Source: Octopus bimaculoides (Eukaryota). From it: a DNA stretch of 37,752 nucleotides. Location: NCBI RefSeq assembly GCF_001194135.2, contig NC_068984.1, positions 100,672,040-100,709,791 of the forward strand, written 5' to 3'. A program made the position numbers and the translations under genes. Positions 1 to 12,188 of this stretch are shown in pieces. The notes beneath the pieces were generated by a model that saw only the letters and a list, made by a program, of their open reading frames with translations, searched no databases and had not been told where the DNA came from. How positions within the stretch are numbered: the stretch's first letter is position 1; each line of letters starts with the position of its first letter.

Positions 1-180
1 GTAGTGGAGGTATCAAGTTAAAATACATCATTATATTTGGAAAAATAGAAATAAATTTCAATGAGTATTACTTACTCGGATATAGTCCAACCCTATGTCA
101 GCTTTTTTTGGCTCCATGCGATGTCTTTATTTCCGATGTTTTTGGATAAATTTCGGAGCAGTGATTTATCGTTCTCACAT

Positions 181-287
<107 letters not shown>

Positions 288-645
288 AGCAGAAACATTC
301 TCCTCTGGGGCAATACAAAAAGTAATATTATCTCATATTTTCGAATATAGGAACTACACTTTCTAACGTAAGATACTAATGTGTGTGTGTGTGAGTGTAC
401 TACCATTAATGGGAGAATACTTATTAGTCGTTCTCTGTGTGACGTAAGGCTGCTTTCATCTACTTATCATTTATCGCACTTTCTGTAACAGGATTTTATT
501 CGGGATGAAGTTGTTAATCTCCGTGCCGAACTTCTAATGTAGACAGTTAGGTTCTGCTTTTGTCTAGCATCGATCTTGAAACTCCATAAAATTTGCTATC
601 TTTTAATTCACTTCTTAATAACTATGCGTCAATAAAGTTCACACG

Positions 646-681
<36 letters not shown>

Positions 682-816
682 NNNNNNNNNNNNNNNNNNN
701 NNNNNNNNNNNNNNNNNNNNNNNNNNNNNNNNNNNNNNNNNNNNNNNNNNNNNNNNNNNNNNNNNNNNNNNNNNNNNNNNNNNNNNNNNNNNNNNNNNNN
801 NNNNNNNNNNNNNNNN

Positions 817-1648
817 AACGAAGCTAAAGCACGCAGAGTGAAGCTGCTTGGCACAGATTAATCTTAAAGTTTTAATGTACCAGCTCACTTCTGCTGTTTA
901 CAACACTGCTTGAAAGGAAGGTTTGTAGCGTGAGATCGTCGCATTGATCATGACAGAGAAAGTTGAGCAGAGAATCTGCATCAAATTTTGCCAAAAGCAT
1001 GGCGATAACTGCTCAGAGGCCTACACAAAGTTTTCAAAAAGTTATCATCGCTCTCGACACAATCAAGGAGATCTTGTGCAAGTGAAACCCGAGTGTCTTT
1101 TTGGACAGATGAAATCAGTTTTGACACAAACTTAGCAGGCACATGTCTCATACCCAAATCTTCGGCGATAACAGACTGAACTGAACTGTAACTAATCTGC
1201 ACATCCTCTGATAACTCACGGGTGGTGATTGGATAATTTCCCGTCTCAGCTGCACGTACATCTGTGATGTTTTTCTCAGCCCTGCTAGTTGCGTGTCTCC
1301 CCGAACATTCGTCAATGTCGACATTTTTTCGGCCATCTTGGAAACGTCTGAACCACTCGTTCACTTGCGTGCGGCTCATACACTACTCTCCATACGCTTT
1401 CTGCAACGTTGCATAAGCCTCTGAGCAGGTATCGCCATGACAACTTTCTCTGTCATGGTCAATGCGACGATCACACGCTACACACCTTCTTTCTAAGCAC
1501 TGCTGTAAACAGCGGAAGTATGCTGGAACGTTAAAACTTAGTGTGCATGCACAGCAGAGTTCAAGGTCAATCTGTACCAAGTGGCTTTATTCTGCGTGCT
1601 TTAGCTTCATTACTATGGCATCAGTCTGGATACTTATTGATCAGTACA
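817..1648 (-). mobile_element. Mariner (Tc1/mariner) transposon remnant: N-terminal HTH half of the transposase, with an inverted copy of its 5' end
   Basis: Minus strand reads GDTCSEAYATLQKAYGE*xMSRTQVNEWFRRFQDGR...ELSEDVQISYSSVQSVIAEDLGMRHVPAKFVSKL...DLLDCVESDDNFLKTL, a typical mariner N-terminus ending just before the TGDETW catalytic motif. Plus strand 944-1030 reads MTEKVEQRICIKFCQKHGDNCSEAY. A TIR-like end lies near 1612-1648. Confidence 0.9.
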
Positions 1649-1684
1649 TAGCTATCTATGTACACACATAATATACGAACGCAG

Positions 1685-2082
1685 CTGGTTTTAAAACCTC
1701 TGAAAGAGATTCACATAGTAACAGTACTAAACAGTAATGTTCGTTATCACTTTCACGTGGCTGTTCCATGCGGAACCCCAGGAAAACATCTTTTCCCGCT
1801 GGTTAGCAACACGCGACCAGTGTCTGTTTTATTGCGAGTAAGGGAGCAAACCACTCCTACTCCAGCATAGCAAGATCAGTAGACCAGCTGATTTCTGGGT
1901 GAATTCCCGTCCTCGGTACTGGACGCCTGCCTGCTAGAGATGGCAGTTATCCGTACTTCGTCGCAATATATTAACAATGTAGTAACATTTGTTCCGTATG
2001 GAAGAGGCACGTAAAACTATTAACGAACATTACTGTTTAGTACTGTTACTATGTGAATCTCTTTCAGAGACTTTAAAACCAG
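1685..2082 (-). mobile_element. Hammerhead-bearing non-coding element, copy 1 (retrozyme / Penelope pLTR-like), bounded by a 62-bp inverted repeat
   Basis: 1685-1746 is the near-perfect reverse complement of 2021-2082. The reverse complement of 1776-1807 matches the AGCCAGCTGGAAAAGATGTTTTCCTGGGG module at 27191 and 34696. Confidence 0.7.
1877..1921 (-). ncRNA. Minimal type I hammerhead ribozyme-like motif (variant core)
   Basis: Minus strand: CAGTA-CCGAGGA-CGGG AATTCA CCCA-GAAA-TCAGCTGG-TC-TACTG. Stem I CAGTA/TACTG, stem II GGG/CCC, near-palindromic stem III, GUC cleavage triplet. The core is CCGAGGA instead of CUGANGA. Confidence 0.7.
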
Positions 2083-2968
2083 TTACTTTAGCTTGTTGCA
2101 AGATCAGTGACTGATTATCGCCTTTTTGCTTATATACTGCGAGTAGGGACGGAGAGTGAAGTCTCCAAGGGGGTATTGCACCTACATCTTGGACAAAGAA
2201 TTCAGACATGAGCCGCATGACTGATATTGCATGAAATCACTTACATAAACGCTTCAGTGCCTGGTCCACAAGTGTGTTGTCTCATCTCCCAATCTTTTCT
2301 ATAGTTATCATAATGGCTTCTTTTCCTCGGAACAAGCTGACCTATTCAAAGGTGTCGGCGAGGATGGGAGAAACATGTCAAAAACAATATTTTTCACAGA
2401 ACGATAATTTCTGGAATACTAAGAAATTAAAGAAAATTTCATTCACATCCAGCCCAACCAAATAGCGAGTGGAGAACACTATGAAAAAATGAAGTTTAAA
2501 ATCTTTTTACCTCAATCGTCAAGTCTGTTGGACGATCTTTCGCTTTAGGATCATAAAAATACGAGATTGAAAAGGAAATACACAACACGGGAGATGCAGC
2601 GAAATAATTTGGCTATTCCTGAATGACCGAAACAAATAAGTAAAGTCCTAGAAGTAGGTCATTATCATAGATACGGTTATTATAGATTTCTATTTTCATT
2701 TCTTTACAGCATCATTTAGTTAAGTTCTAAAGTAGCAGCATCGTAGAAAATAAGAAATGTCTTATCTTAAAAAAAGTGATACATGTCAAAGTAATTACAA
2801 ATTGACAACTCATTTCCCAAAATAAACACATATTATTTGAAAGTTTTCGGGCAAGAAGTTTATGAATGGTGATGTATGTCTTGTCCAGAAAAGATACGCA
2901 AATCGAAAGATCGACATATATATAAAACATATGTGTGTAGAGTGTGCATAAATATATTCATGTATATG

Positions 2969-3115
2969 TACACACACACACACACACACACACACACGTA
3001 TACGTATATATATACATGTATTAATGTACATATATACATATATATGCATATGTATATATATTATAATATATCTCTCCCCCTCTCTGCCTCTCTCTCTCTC
3101 TCTCTCACTCTCTGA

Positions 3116-3182
<67 letters not shown>
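2969..3182. repeat. Compound (CA)n/(TA)n/(CT)n/(TG)n microsatellite running into a gap
   Basis: Directly visible. Confidence 0.95.
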
Positions 3183-3785
3183 NNNNNNNNNNNNNNNNNN
3201 NNNNNNNNNNNNNNNNNNNNNNNNNNNNNNNNNNNNNNNNNNNNNNNNNNNNNNNNNNNNNNNNNNNNNNNNNNNNNNNNNNNNNNNNNNNNNNNNNNNN
3301 NNNNNNNNNNNNNNNNNNNNNNNNNNNNNNNNNNNNNNNNNNNNNNNNNNNNNNNNNNNNNNNNNNNNNNNNNNNNNNNNNNNNNNNNNNNNNNNNNNNN
3401 NNNNNNNNNNNNNNNNNNNNNNNNNNNNNNNNNNNNNNNNNNNNNNNNNNNNNNNNNNNNNNNNNNNNNNNNNNNNNNNNNNNNNNNNNNNNNNNNNNNN
3501 NNNNNNNNNNNNNNNNNNNNNNNNNNNNNNNNNNNNNNNNNNNNNNNNNNNNNNNNNNNNNNNNNNNTATATATATATCAATATGTATATGATAGGATTG
3601 CTTGAATATTTCAGGTGTAGTCTGAAGTATCTAAGCAAACAGGGGATAATTAAATCCGAAGGCACTCCTGGAGATCACTTGTGTGGGTTTCGTCTTTGTT
3701 AGAAGGTATCCAGAGGCAGGTAATTTATTGTTTAAACCGCAGTTTATTCGCCACTTAATTATATATATATACTTCCATATATATT

Positions 3786-3995
3786 TGTGTGTGTGTATGT
3801 CTTCGTGATTGCGTTTGTCCCTCACCACCGCTTGACTACCGGTGTTGTTTTATTTACGTCCTCGTAACTTAGCCGTTCAACAAAAGAGATACTTGGTTTT
3901 AAAAATTAGTACTGGCGATTTTTTCAACTGAGTAGTTCAATCGGTACCTCAGCACGGCCGCGGTCCAATGACTAAAGCAAGTAAAAGATAAAAAT
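3786..3995 (+). mobile_element. SINE family A, 3' half
   Basis: TTTGTCCC..CACCGCTTGAC..CCGGTGTTG..CGTAACTTAGC..CAGCACGGCCGCGGTCCAATGACTAAAGCAAGTAAAAG matches the reverse complement of the 12466-12650 and 28465-28640 copies. Confidence 0.75.
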
Positions 3996-4257
3996 GAAAA
4001 AAAAAAGATGAATAAATACAACACAAAAATAAATAACACGAAAGATTATATCAAAAGATTGGGGATCCAAAATACTTAAACAGAAACCCAAAACCTTAAG
4101 AGAAAAATAGTCAGATTTGAACATAAAAATTCACGTATGGATTTTAGAAAACGGAAGTGAGTAGAGAGGAAGTAGGCATCGATTCATTGAAGATAAATTA
4201 TCGTTTGAGTTACAGAAATAGGATGACAGCTATGGTGATGTCTTCATAAAATGGACA

Positions 4258-4445
4258 CTGCTTAGCAGCATTTCGTCCGTCCTTGCGTTCTGAGTTCATA
4301 TTCCGCCGACATTGACTTTGCCTTTCATCCTTCCGGAGTCGATGAAATAAGTACCAGCTAAATACTGGGGATCGATATAATCGACTTATTCGTCACTCCC
4401 TCCCTCTCCCAAAAATTGCTGGTCTTGTGCCGAAATTTGAAATAA
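4258..4445 (+). mobile_element. SINE family B, 5'-truncated
   Basis: GCTTAGCAGCATTTCGTCC..GAGTTCATATTCCGCC..GACTTTGCCTTTCATCC..CTTGTGCCGAAATTTGAA, homologous to the copies at 7466, 35699 and 36571. Confidence 0.85.
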
Positions 4446-4579
4446 TTGTTTTGGTTTGGCTCAGGTTCGGTCTTCTTCCTGCTAGGATTGATGTGGGTAG
4501 CGGGTTACTACCTGTAACCTTAGGTATCCACAAGTCTTCAGCTGTCTTTCAAGTGCTTAGAACCTTCCTGATAATCCTT
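4446..4579 (-). mobile_element. 3' tip of an R4/Dong-like non-LTR retrotransposon
   Basis: Minus strand reads RIIRKVLST*, the usual C-terminal motif (GTARIIRKVL) of these ORFs, followed by a short 3' UTR. Cut off by a gap. Confidence 0.5.
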
Positions 4580-5199
4580 NNNNNNNNNNTCAAACTCTGT
4601 TTAAGGAGTAGACAACCACCATGTATGTATGTATAAGTACTCCGCGAGGCATAGATATCACGAGCCATATTCCATTATATGTAATGCAAACAGTACACAA
4701 CGTTAAGAAACTGTGTTATAGCCAGAGCCTACATCAGACATTTGCATACAAGAACAAACTGGAATGTAGGTAGCAAGCCCTTTTATACGTGTTTAAGAAA
4801 TGACACGCCGTATTTGTCGATGTTTGTAAATGAATTGATATACTGCGTTTAATATACTTGCACTTAATAATCATGATACAAAGAGACCCCCGTCTAGAAA
4901 AACTGATGGCTTCACATAACATCACGATCTCACACATGCACGTACAATGTACGAACAGACATAAAGACACACATACACACACATGCACGAGCGTGACAAT
5001 GTGTGTGTGTATGTCTATGCGTGTGAGAGGACTATAAGAGTTATATATATATATGAATATACGTGTATGCGGTGTCAAATACGTGTATGTGTTTCAGAAC
5101 TATTCACTGACATCTGTTCTTTTATATTCTTCCATGAAAAATATTCTTATTTCCTTTCTGGCTGTTATTTTTCGTCCATTAATATCTAACAAATATGTT

Positions 5200-5830
5200 T
5201 ATTGTCCTTGTTTTCTCTCGCCTCTTCCCATTTGGCTCTGCACAATTTTGTCACTTCCCATCGCTCCTCATATCATCCTATGTGTTTTCTCGAACCAACC
5301 TCTTCTTACCGCTTCTTCACCACTTTTCCCTTTCTCTGTTACTGTCTCTATCTACATTTTTTCTCGATCAATCGAATACTACACTCCCCTTCCCATCTTG
5401 GTTTTCCTGTAGTTCGCTTTCACTTTTCTCTCTCCTTTTACATCCCTCTTCCCCACTCTCCTTTTCATACACACTCTTCTTTTCCCCTTCTTCCCCTTCT
5501 TATCTTTCCCTCTAATCTAAATCACCTCTCTCCAATCCTTTTAACTTCTCCGCATCGCATCCTCCATTTTTCTCTCTAAGTCCTCCACATTCACTTCCTT
5601 CACAACATCGCATTTCTTTTATCTCACTTCATTTCTCGCCTACTCTCCTTCTCTCTCTCAAATTTCTGTCTACTCGCTCTCTTCTACTCTTTTCTATTCT
5701 CCCTTTCGTCCATTTATCACCCCTGCTACCACCATTACCACCAGTGTCGTTTCACATCTCCACATTGCCACTTTCCCCATTTCTTCGTTGCTGCCATTTC
5801 TCTTCTCGTCATTACTATTACCCTCGTTTT
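5200..5830. repeat. Pyrimidine-rich low-complexity tract
   Basis: C/T-dominated degenerate sequence that produces spurious S/L/F/P-rich ORFs. Confidence 0.8.
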
Positions 5831-5974
5831 CCACCTTTCACTGTTCAAATGACCAAGCTGGTTCTGGAGTCTTGATTTTCTGGATATGGTAGTTAAAATT
5901 TCTGTTAAACTGAGCTCTTCGACCACATGAAGCATTATGCAATGTAGTCATTCTACTTATTCCGCAATACTTCA

Positions 5975-6340
5975 CATTACTTAAGCCCGTCACTACCTAT
6001 GGGGCATGGGAGATCGATGACATTTCTCTATTGTCCTCAACTCTAGGCTGTTTTCCTCTCTCAAGTGTTCTTCTTTTTTTTTTAAATTGTCACCAATGCA
6101 TCTATAACACTTATTTTTCTAGAGAGCGGTGATGGGCTTATACAAACTCCTTTTTAATCTCTGGAAGGATGTGGTCCATATTAGTCACTTGATCTGTCGC
6201 TTGATCTATCCAGCATAAGAGACCCTACCAAGTGTGCACTTCTTTGACATAGCTCTCACGGTCGTTTAAGCGCAGGAGGTACCACACTGCAACAAGAACT
6301 GGACCGTGTGCTGGTTATTTCTCATTCGTGATGGTCAAAT
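5975..6340. mobile_element. Possible RTE-related remnants
   Basis: Minus strand 5975-6075 ends in PCPIGSDGLK* with GGGCTTAAGTAA, resembling RTE 3' ends. GAGACCCTACC..CATAGCTCT at 6218-6258 resembles RTE 5' regions. Recognition from memory only. Confidence 0.3.
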
Positions 6341-7274
6341 AAGTGTCTCTGATCATGCCACCATGCCCTTGAATTTTGTTTCTCCAGTGAAATCTTTCAA
6401 CATAGATTCCGTCTTTTAAAAGACTTAAAATAATTCTTCTGTATAGGTCTCAGTACGCTCATGATAAGGAATTCAACAAACCAAAAAAGTCAAAGCCTCT
6501 CAAAGCCTTGTGTTTTTCTTCCCATAAATTGCAGTATCAGCTTGTAGGCAGGTATGCGGCACTCCATTTCCATCTGATATCTTGCCTCGTCTTTACTCTT
6601 AAAAGCCAGATACACTTCCATACACGCCGCTTCGGTCGATGGACACATCGTTCCACGTACAGCTCATTTTTCCGAGGAGCAGACGTACGTCACATTTACT
6701 TCTGAACTTTCTTCATAAGGCAAAGAAGCACCACCTTTTGTAGCAAATGTTACATTTTGTTTTTGTTTTTTTTCAAAATTTGAGCGGCAAACGCTAGCAA
6801 AAAGTTGACTGCAATTGTTGCTTTCGTTGTTTAAATTTTAGCTGTCTCGATATTTTTCTTGCGTATTTGTCAAAGATTATGAACAAAATATTTGTCTACA
6901 TAACTATTTTTTTTTTCTGTTTAGCTTTTTCTAATTATCTTCTGTTTCAATGCTTTGACACATATTAAAGTATTTTATTGTTAGTTGAAGAGTATTCGCT
7001 GCTACCAATTTGTGGTCTGCACTTATTCCCACTTCCTCCCCAAAGCTCACCACACTGAATCATTAGAAAAGAAATTTTTATGCAAGTTTGAAAATATAAG
7101 AAAAGACCCTTAGTTTTTCACTCCATGTTACTAGAGACATGATCAAGCACTTTAACGTCTTTTGTTAAAAAAAATAAATCCTGAAGTGAACGTGGTAAAA
7201 TCCAATTTTTCTCCAGTATTGTGTGTGCAATAATTCTTCCTAATTCTGAAACAAATCCAGAAGTTTGTTAATAG

Positions 7275-7445
7275 AATTCATTACATTGATCCAAGTACTT
7301 GACTAGTACTTTATTTCATTGACCCTCCCAAAAGGATCAAAGGCCAAGTTGATTTCGATGGGATTTGAAGCATGAACTTAAAAAGGAAGAAATGCCGCAA
7401 AGTATTTTGTCCAAAGAGCTAATGATTCTGCCTGCTCAACACTTT
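7275..7445 (-). mobile_element. SINE family B, diverged copy
   Basis: The reverse complement gives GAGCAGGCAGAATCATTAGC..GGACAAAATACTTTGCGGCATTTC..CAAATCCCATCGAAATCAACTTGGCCTTTGATCCTTT. Confidence 0.7.
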
Positions 7446-7465
7446 CTAATAATACTTTTTATTAA

Positions 7466-7895
7466 GGCGACGTGCTGGCAGAAACGTTAGCGCGCCGGGC
7501 GAAATGCTTAGTGGTATTTCGTCTGTTACTACGTTCTGAGTTCAAACGCCATATAGGTCGACTTTGCCTTTCATCCTTTCGGGGTCGATAAATTAAGTAC
7601 CAGTTACGCACTGGGGTCGATGTAATCGACTTAATCCGTTTGTGTGTCTTTGTTTGTCCCCTCTATGTTTAGCCCCTTGTGGGCAATAAAGAAATAAGAA
7701 ACGTTAGCACGCAGGGCGAAATGCTTAGCGGTATTTCGTGTGTCTTTACACTCTGAGTTTAAATTCCGCCGAGGTCGACTTTGCCTTTCATCCTTTCGGG
7801 GTCGATTAATTAAGTACCAGTTGCATCCTGAGGTCGATCTAATCGACTAGTCCCCTCCCCAAAATTTCGGGCCTTGTGCCTAAAATAGAAAAGAA
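7466..7895 (+). mobile_element. SINE family B, head-to-tail dimer (7466-7696 and 7697-7895)
   Basis: tRNA-like head with A box (TGGCAGAAACGTTAG) and B box (GAGTTCAAA). The body GGTCGACTTTGCCTTTCATCCTTTCGGGGTCGAT occurs twice. Confidence 0.92.
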
Positions 7896-7900
7896 TAATA

Positions 7901-8053
7901 CTTTCTACTATAGGCACAATGTAAGTCGATTTCATCGAATCCAGTGCTTGGCTGCTACTTATTTTATCGAACTCGTTTTGAACTCAAAATGTAAAGGCGA
8001 ACGAAATACCGCTAAGCATTTTGCTTGGTGTGCTAACGAGTCTGCCTGCCAAG
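7901..8053 (-). mobile_element. SINE family B, internally deleted, tail-to-tail with the previous copy
   Basis: CGAAATACCGCTAAGCATTTTGC..TGCTAACGA..CTGCC is the reverse complement of the family B head. Confidence 0.8.
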
Positions 8054-8605
8054 TAGGATAAGCGTTTAATCCGCATATTTGTTATAGCTTTTTCTTTTTT
8101 TTAAATCCTTTCGAGGTTACCGAGAAAATTCATCTCTTTCGTTGGGCAAAGATTTTTCTTAATCCTCGTTCCTGGTTGAATCCTTTTAGCAACGTTGCCG
8201 CCACTTACCCTCTATAGAAAGCTAGAGTGTAACTTCCACCATCGGTATTGCCCGACTAGCAGGCGGCTGTGGACGCCTATCGAAACTAGTTGCCATGTTC
8301 TAGCCGTGACCATCCTGTCCTTTTTGTGTTTCCAGGACTACACATCCTTTCTTTTTCTTATTTCATTTCCTTTTTTTATGACAATGGTATGTCATCGGAA
8401 GAATGTTTGACTGCTAATTCTAACAGGTCAGCAACCACGAAAAGGCTTCACTAGTTTTCTCTACCACGATGACGACGACGACGACGACCTCAACAACCAC
8501 GACAATAATGGGGGGGTGGAGAGGTGAAGATTATGATGATGATGATGATGATGATGATGACGACGACGACGACGACGANNNNNNNNNNCGATTTCGATGA
8601 GCAAA

Positions 8606-8850
8606 CATATTTTCTGAGCTTGTCAAATTCTTTTGCTGTAATGTTTTGATCACGAAGGACACTCATGTCAATCACTAAACAAACTATTATTTTGGTCTTT
8701 TACAAAAATATCGGTTTATCAGCTTTGATGGTTCTGTCTGTATGTACGGGCAAGTCCCAAAGAATCGTTACATTTTCTCCTTGGTAATACTTTGGAAACT
8801 GATGTTAGCTGGTCCTGTTGTTACTCTTCCTGTAATTTGAATCGTACCAT
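8606..8850 (-). mobile_element. R4/Dong-like restriction-like endonuclease (RLE) fragment
   Basis: With frameshifts: ENVTILWDLPVHTDRTIKADKP..VKDQ..LVIDMSVLRDQNITAKEFDKLRKY, matching the ILWD..RPD..ID..K.KY PD-(D/E)xK motif. Confidence 0.8.
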
Positions 8851-9662
8851 CCTCAAAATAAGTAAAGCGACTAGACTTAAATATCTATACATACACACAT
8901 GCGCACCGGAACAGTGCCTGATATTGTAATCAAGTGAACAGGAACCCCGTGCCCCAATCGTAGCAACAAGTAGCATGCATCATCTTAAAATGCAGGCAAG
9001 TGACAGTAAATGAAAAAGATTTTGAAACTGTCAGAAAGGAAATAAAAAGTAAACGGAAGGTAAGCCTAACCGCAAGAAAGAAGTAGGACGAAAACCGACA
9101 AAAGACTATTAGAAAGAGGAAGGTGGAGTCTTCCTCGACGAAATGGATGACGTAACATTTACAATTCTCCGAAACAAATACCAGCGATTCATTGTATATT
9201 GACAAGATACTAGGGCGGTGAATTTATTATAAATATAGAAAATAATGATCAAGGAATAAAAGCATGCTAAAGATACAAGCCTATTACAGACAATGGATGT
9301 TTATTATATGTTAAAATATGAGTTTCCTAAAAATAGTTTCCTGGAGACGTGGCTTAAGGAGCGACCCACGAGACAAAAGTAATGAGTATCTTTGGGTACA
9401 TAAGGCTTCAGTACGAGGAGAAATGATGAACGGAGGAAAAACATGGAGGTCTATAACTAGGGCTAGTGGGTGGGTTCTTTCGACAGGTGTAACAAAAACA
9501 AGAACAGAAACAACAATCACAACATTAACATCAATAGCAACAGCAGCATCAACGACAGTGGCAACAGCAGCAACAACAACAGCAAAGAAACAACAATTGG
9601 TCAATGTAAGTGCTGAATGTATCTGCTAGAAATAACAGCCAAATGTTCTTCAAATCACACCA

Positions 9663-9740
9663 ATGTGGTGGTGGTGGTGGCGGTGGAAGTGGTGGTGGTG
9701 GNNNNNNNNNNGGTGGTGGTGGTGGTGGTGGTGGTGGTGA
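9663..9740. repeat. (GGT)n microsatellite
   Basis: Directly visible; spans a 10-N gap. Confidence 0.95.
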
Positions 9741-10139
9741 CAGTGACGAAGCATCAGTGGTGATGGCGTCGATGTCAGCTGTCGTTAATGATGTCGCAAA
9801 AGTTCGCATAATGGCGGAAGTGGTTTTGGGTGTTCGTAGGAGTAAGTTTCGCTTTTGATGGTCAAAAATATTCTAGTATTTCGTCGTTGTTCTTAGTGTT
9901 GCTTGTTGTTAAGCTCTAAATGGACAGGTCTATCATCAAAGTCGTTCTAATCGTGACCATCCTGTAGTCTTGCTTATATCGGCTATCTGAGGCAAGTTGA
10001 ACTATTACATACAACCTCTCCAGTAACAACTGAAATGGTGGTGTGGAGTTGGTGTAGTAGTAGTAGTAGTAGATGTTGTTGCTGATAGTGATAATGGTGC
10101 GGTTAACAGGCAATGGAAGCAGCTTATGGTAATGCTGTG

Positions 10140-10386
10140 GAGGAGAAGGAAGAGGTAGGTGAGGAGGAGGCAGAAGAAGAGAAGGAAAGGAGGAAGAGGA
10201 GGAGGAGGAGGCGTTGAGGTGGAAAAGAGAAAGAGGAGGGAGATAGGAAAAGAGAAGGAGGAGGATAAGGAAAAGAGAAGGAGGAGGATAAGGAAAAGAG
10301 AAGGAGGAGGATAAGGAAAAGAGAAGGAGGAAGAGAAGGAAAAGAGGAGGAGGATAAGGAAAGGAGAAGGAGGAGGATAAGGAAAA
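10140..10386. repeat. Purine-rich minisatellite, about 23-bp unit AGGAGGAGGATAAGGAAAAGAGA
   Basis: The unit repeats about five times at 10256-10386 and is degenerate upstream. Confidence 0.85.
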
Positions 10387-10546
10387 NNNNNNNNNNAAAT
10401 CCCTCACTACATATGTACACAATTATATGCTTTAGCTACAGCATTAGAGCTTCTTAGCTCTTATTTCCAGTAATGTAGTTGTTCTAACACCCTAGTCATA
10501 TTTGGTGATAACTATAGTTTTCCTATTTGGTAACACATTGCACACA

Positions 10547-10711
10547 GCTGTGTGGTAAGAAGCTTGCTTCTCCACCACATGGTTCTACGTTCAGTCCCAC
10601 TGCGTGGAATCTTGGGCAAGTGTCTTCTACTATAGCCTCGGGCTGACCAAAGCCTTGTGAGTGGATTTGGTAGACGGAAACTGAAAGAAGCCTATTGTGT
10701 ATATATATATA
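10547..10711 (+). mobile_element. SINE family A, 5' half (tRNA-derived, CORE-like segment)
   Basis: GCTGTGTGGTAAG (A box) .. GTTCAGTCCC (B box) .. CTTGGGCAAGTGTCTTCTACTATAGCC .. GGAAACTGAAAGAAGCC, then (TA)n into a gap. Confidence 0.9.
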
Positions 10712-11769
10712 NNNNNNNNNNNNNNNNNNNNNNNNNNNNNNNNNNNNNNNNNNNNNNNNNNNNNNNNNNNNNNNNNNNNNNNNNNNNNNNNNNNNNNNNN
10801 NNNNNNNNNNNNNNNNNNNNNNNNNNNNNNNNNNNNNNNNNNNNNNNNNNNNNNNNNNNNNNNNNNNNNNNNNNNNNNNNNNNNNNNNNNNNNNNNNNNN
10901 NNNNNNNNNNNNNNNNNNNNNNNNNNNNNNNNNNNNNNNNNNNNNNNNNNNNNNNNNNNNNNNNNNNNNNNNNNNNNNNNNNNNNNNNNNNNNNNNNNNN
11001 NNNNNNNNNNNNNNNNNNNNNNNNNNNNNNNNNNNNNNNNNNNNNNNNNNNNNNNNNNNNNNNNNNNNNNNNNNNNNNNNNNNNNNNNNNNNNNNNNNNN
11101 NNNNNNNNNNNNNNNNNNNNNNNNNNNNNNNNNNNNNNNNNNNNNNNNNNNNNNNNNNNNNNNNNNNNNNNNNNNNNNNNNNNNNNNNNNNNNNNNNNNN
11201 NNNNNNNNNNNNNNNNNNNNNNNNNNNNNNNNNNNNNNNNNNNNNNNNNNNNNNNNNNNNNNNNNNNNNNNNNNNNNNNNNNNNNNNNNNNNNNNNNNNN
11301 NNNNNNNNNNNNNNNNNNNNNNNNNNNNNNNNNNNNNNNNNNNNNNNNNNNNNNNNNNNNNAGATGCGTCTTGTCTTCTACATTTGAACGGGACCTAAAC
11401 GAACTTCTTAACCACACAGCCACAAAAAAGAAAAAACAAATACCCAAAACTCTGGATGGTTACGGTCGGAACGTCTTTAATCATATGCGTGAACCGTCGG
11501 GGCAGCACTTTGTACTATATACATTCCTCTGCCAATACAGTAGCGTTTTTCAGTATGTCAACATTATTTATTTTTTTCTTATTTACTTAATTATTTATTT
11601 GTTTAGTCAGTTTGTGCTGAAGCAGGAGAATTCGTATTATTCCTCTCTTGGTGAAAGTGCTCTATGAACTGTCTATGGCTGTATGTGTTATTGATTAATA
11701 ATGGCTTTATTCTGGAAATTTCTACATGAAATAGCTGTAGGTCGGAACATATTAACTACGTTCTTCAGA

Positions 11770-11880
11770 GGAACAATTTTATGGCGGAGATTTTATATGT
11801 AAGAGACCTCACATTATCCTGTTTCAGAGGACATACATTGTTTGAATTTATCAAAGGGTATAGTGTAAACGTTGGTCATG
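11770..11880 (-). mobile_element. Possible Penelope GIY-YIG C-terminal remnant
   Basis: TIPFDKFKQCMSSETG*CEVSYI*NLRHKI loosely parallels RIFLLYEF..SQRISKESYFIPKYKPLLN at 18035-18180. Confidence 0.3.
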
Positions 11881-11914
11881 TAAGGGTGACGAGCGTGAGC
11901 GTGTATGAGTGTGT

Positions 11915-11948
<34 letters not shown>

Positions 11949-12157
11949 TGCGTGTGCGGTAATATTCAGAAAGGCAGTGGTTATTAAGTTGCTAATTCGT
12001 ATGGAATCTTCAGCTAATAAGTCCATCAGGAGTTATTATTTCGTATTTTGAACTATATACACCTGTGCACACAGATATGTACAAGAGCGCGCACACATAT
12101 GCACACACTCACATACGCGCACACATACACAGACACACACAACACACACACACACAA

Positions 12158-12188
<31 letters not shown>

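Noticed and set aside
6490-6750. Minus-strand frame EVYLAFKSKDEARYQM..LILQFMGRKT, vaguely like a LINE ORF1
   Set aside because: Short, contains stops and has no diagnostic motif; needs a profile search.
8997-9059. Possible small exon (CAG|...AAG|GTAAGC, QVTVNEKDFETVRKEIKSKRK)
   Set aside because: Weak polypyrimidine tract, no recognisable protein, no partner exons.
11740-11790. CTGAAGA plus hairpin on the minus strand near a possible Penelope end, hammerhead-like
   Set aside because: No GAAA after stem II and no convincing stem I or III.
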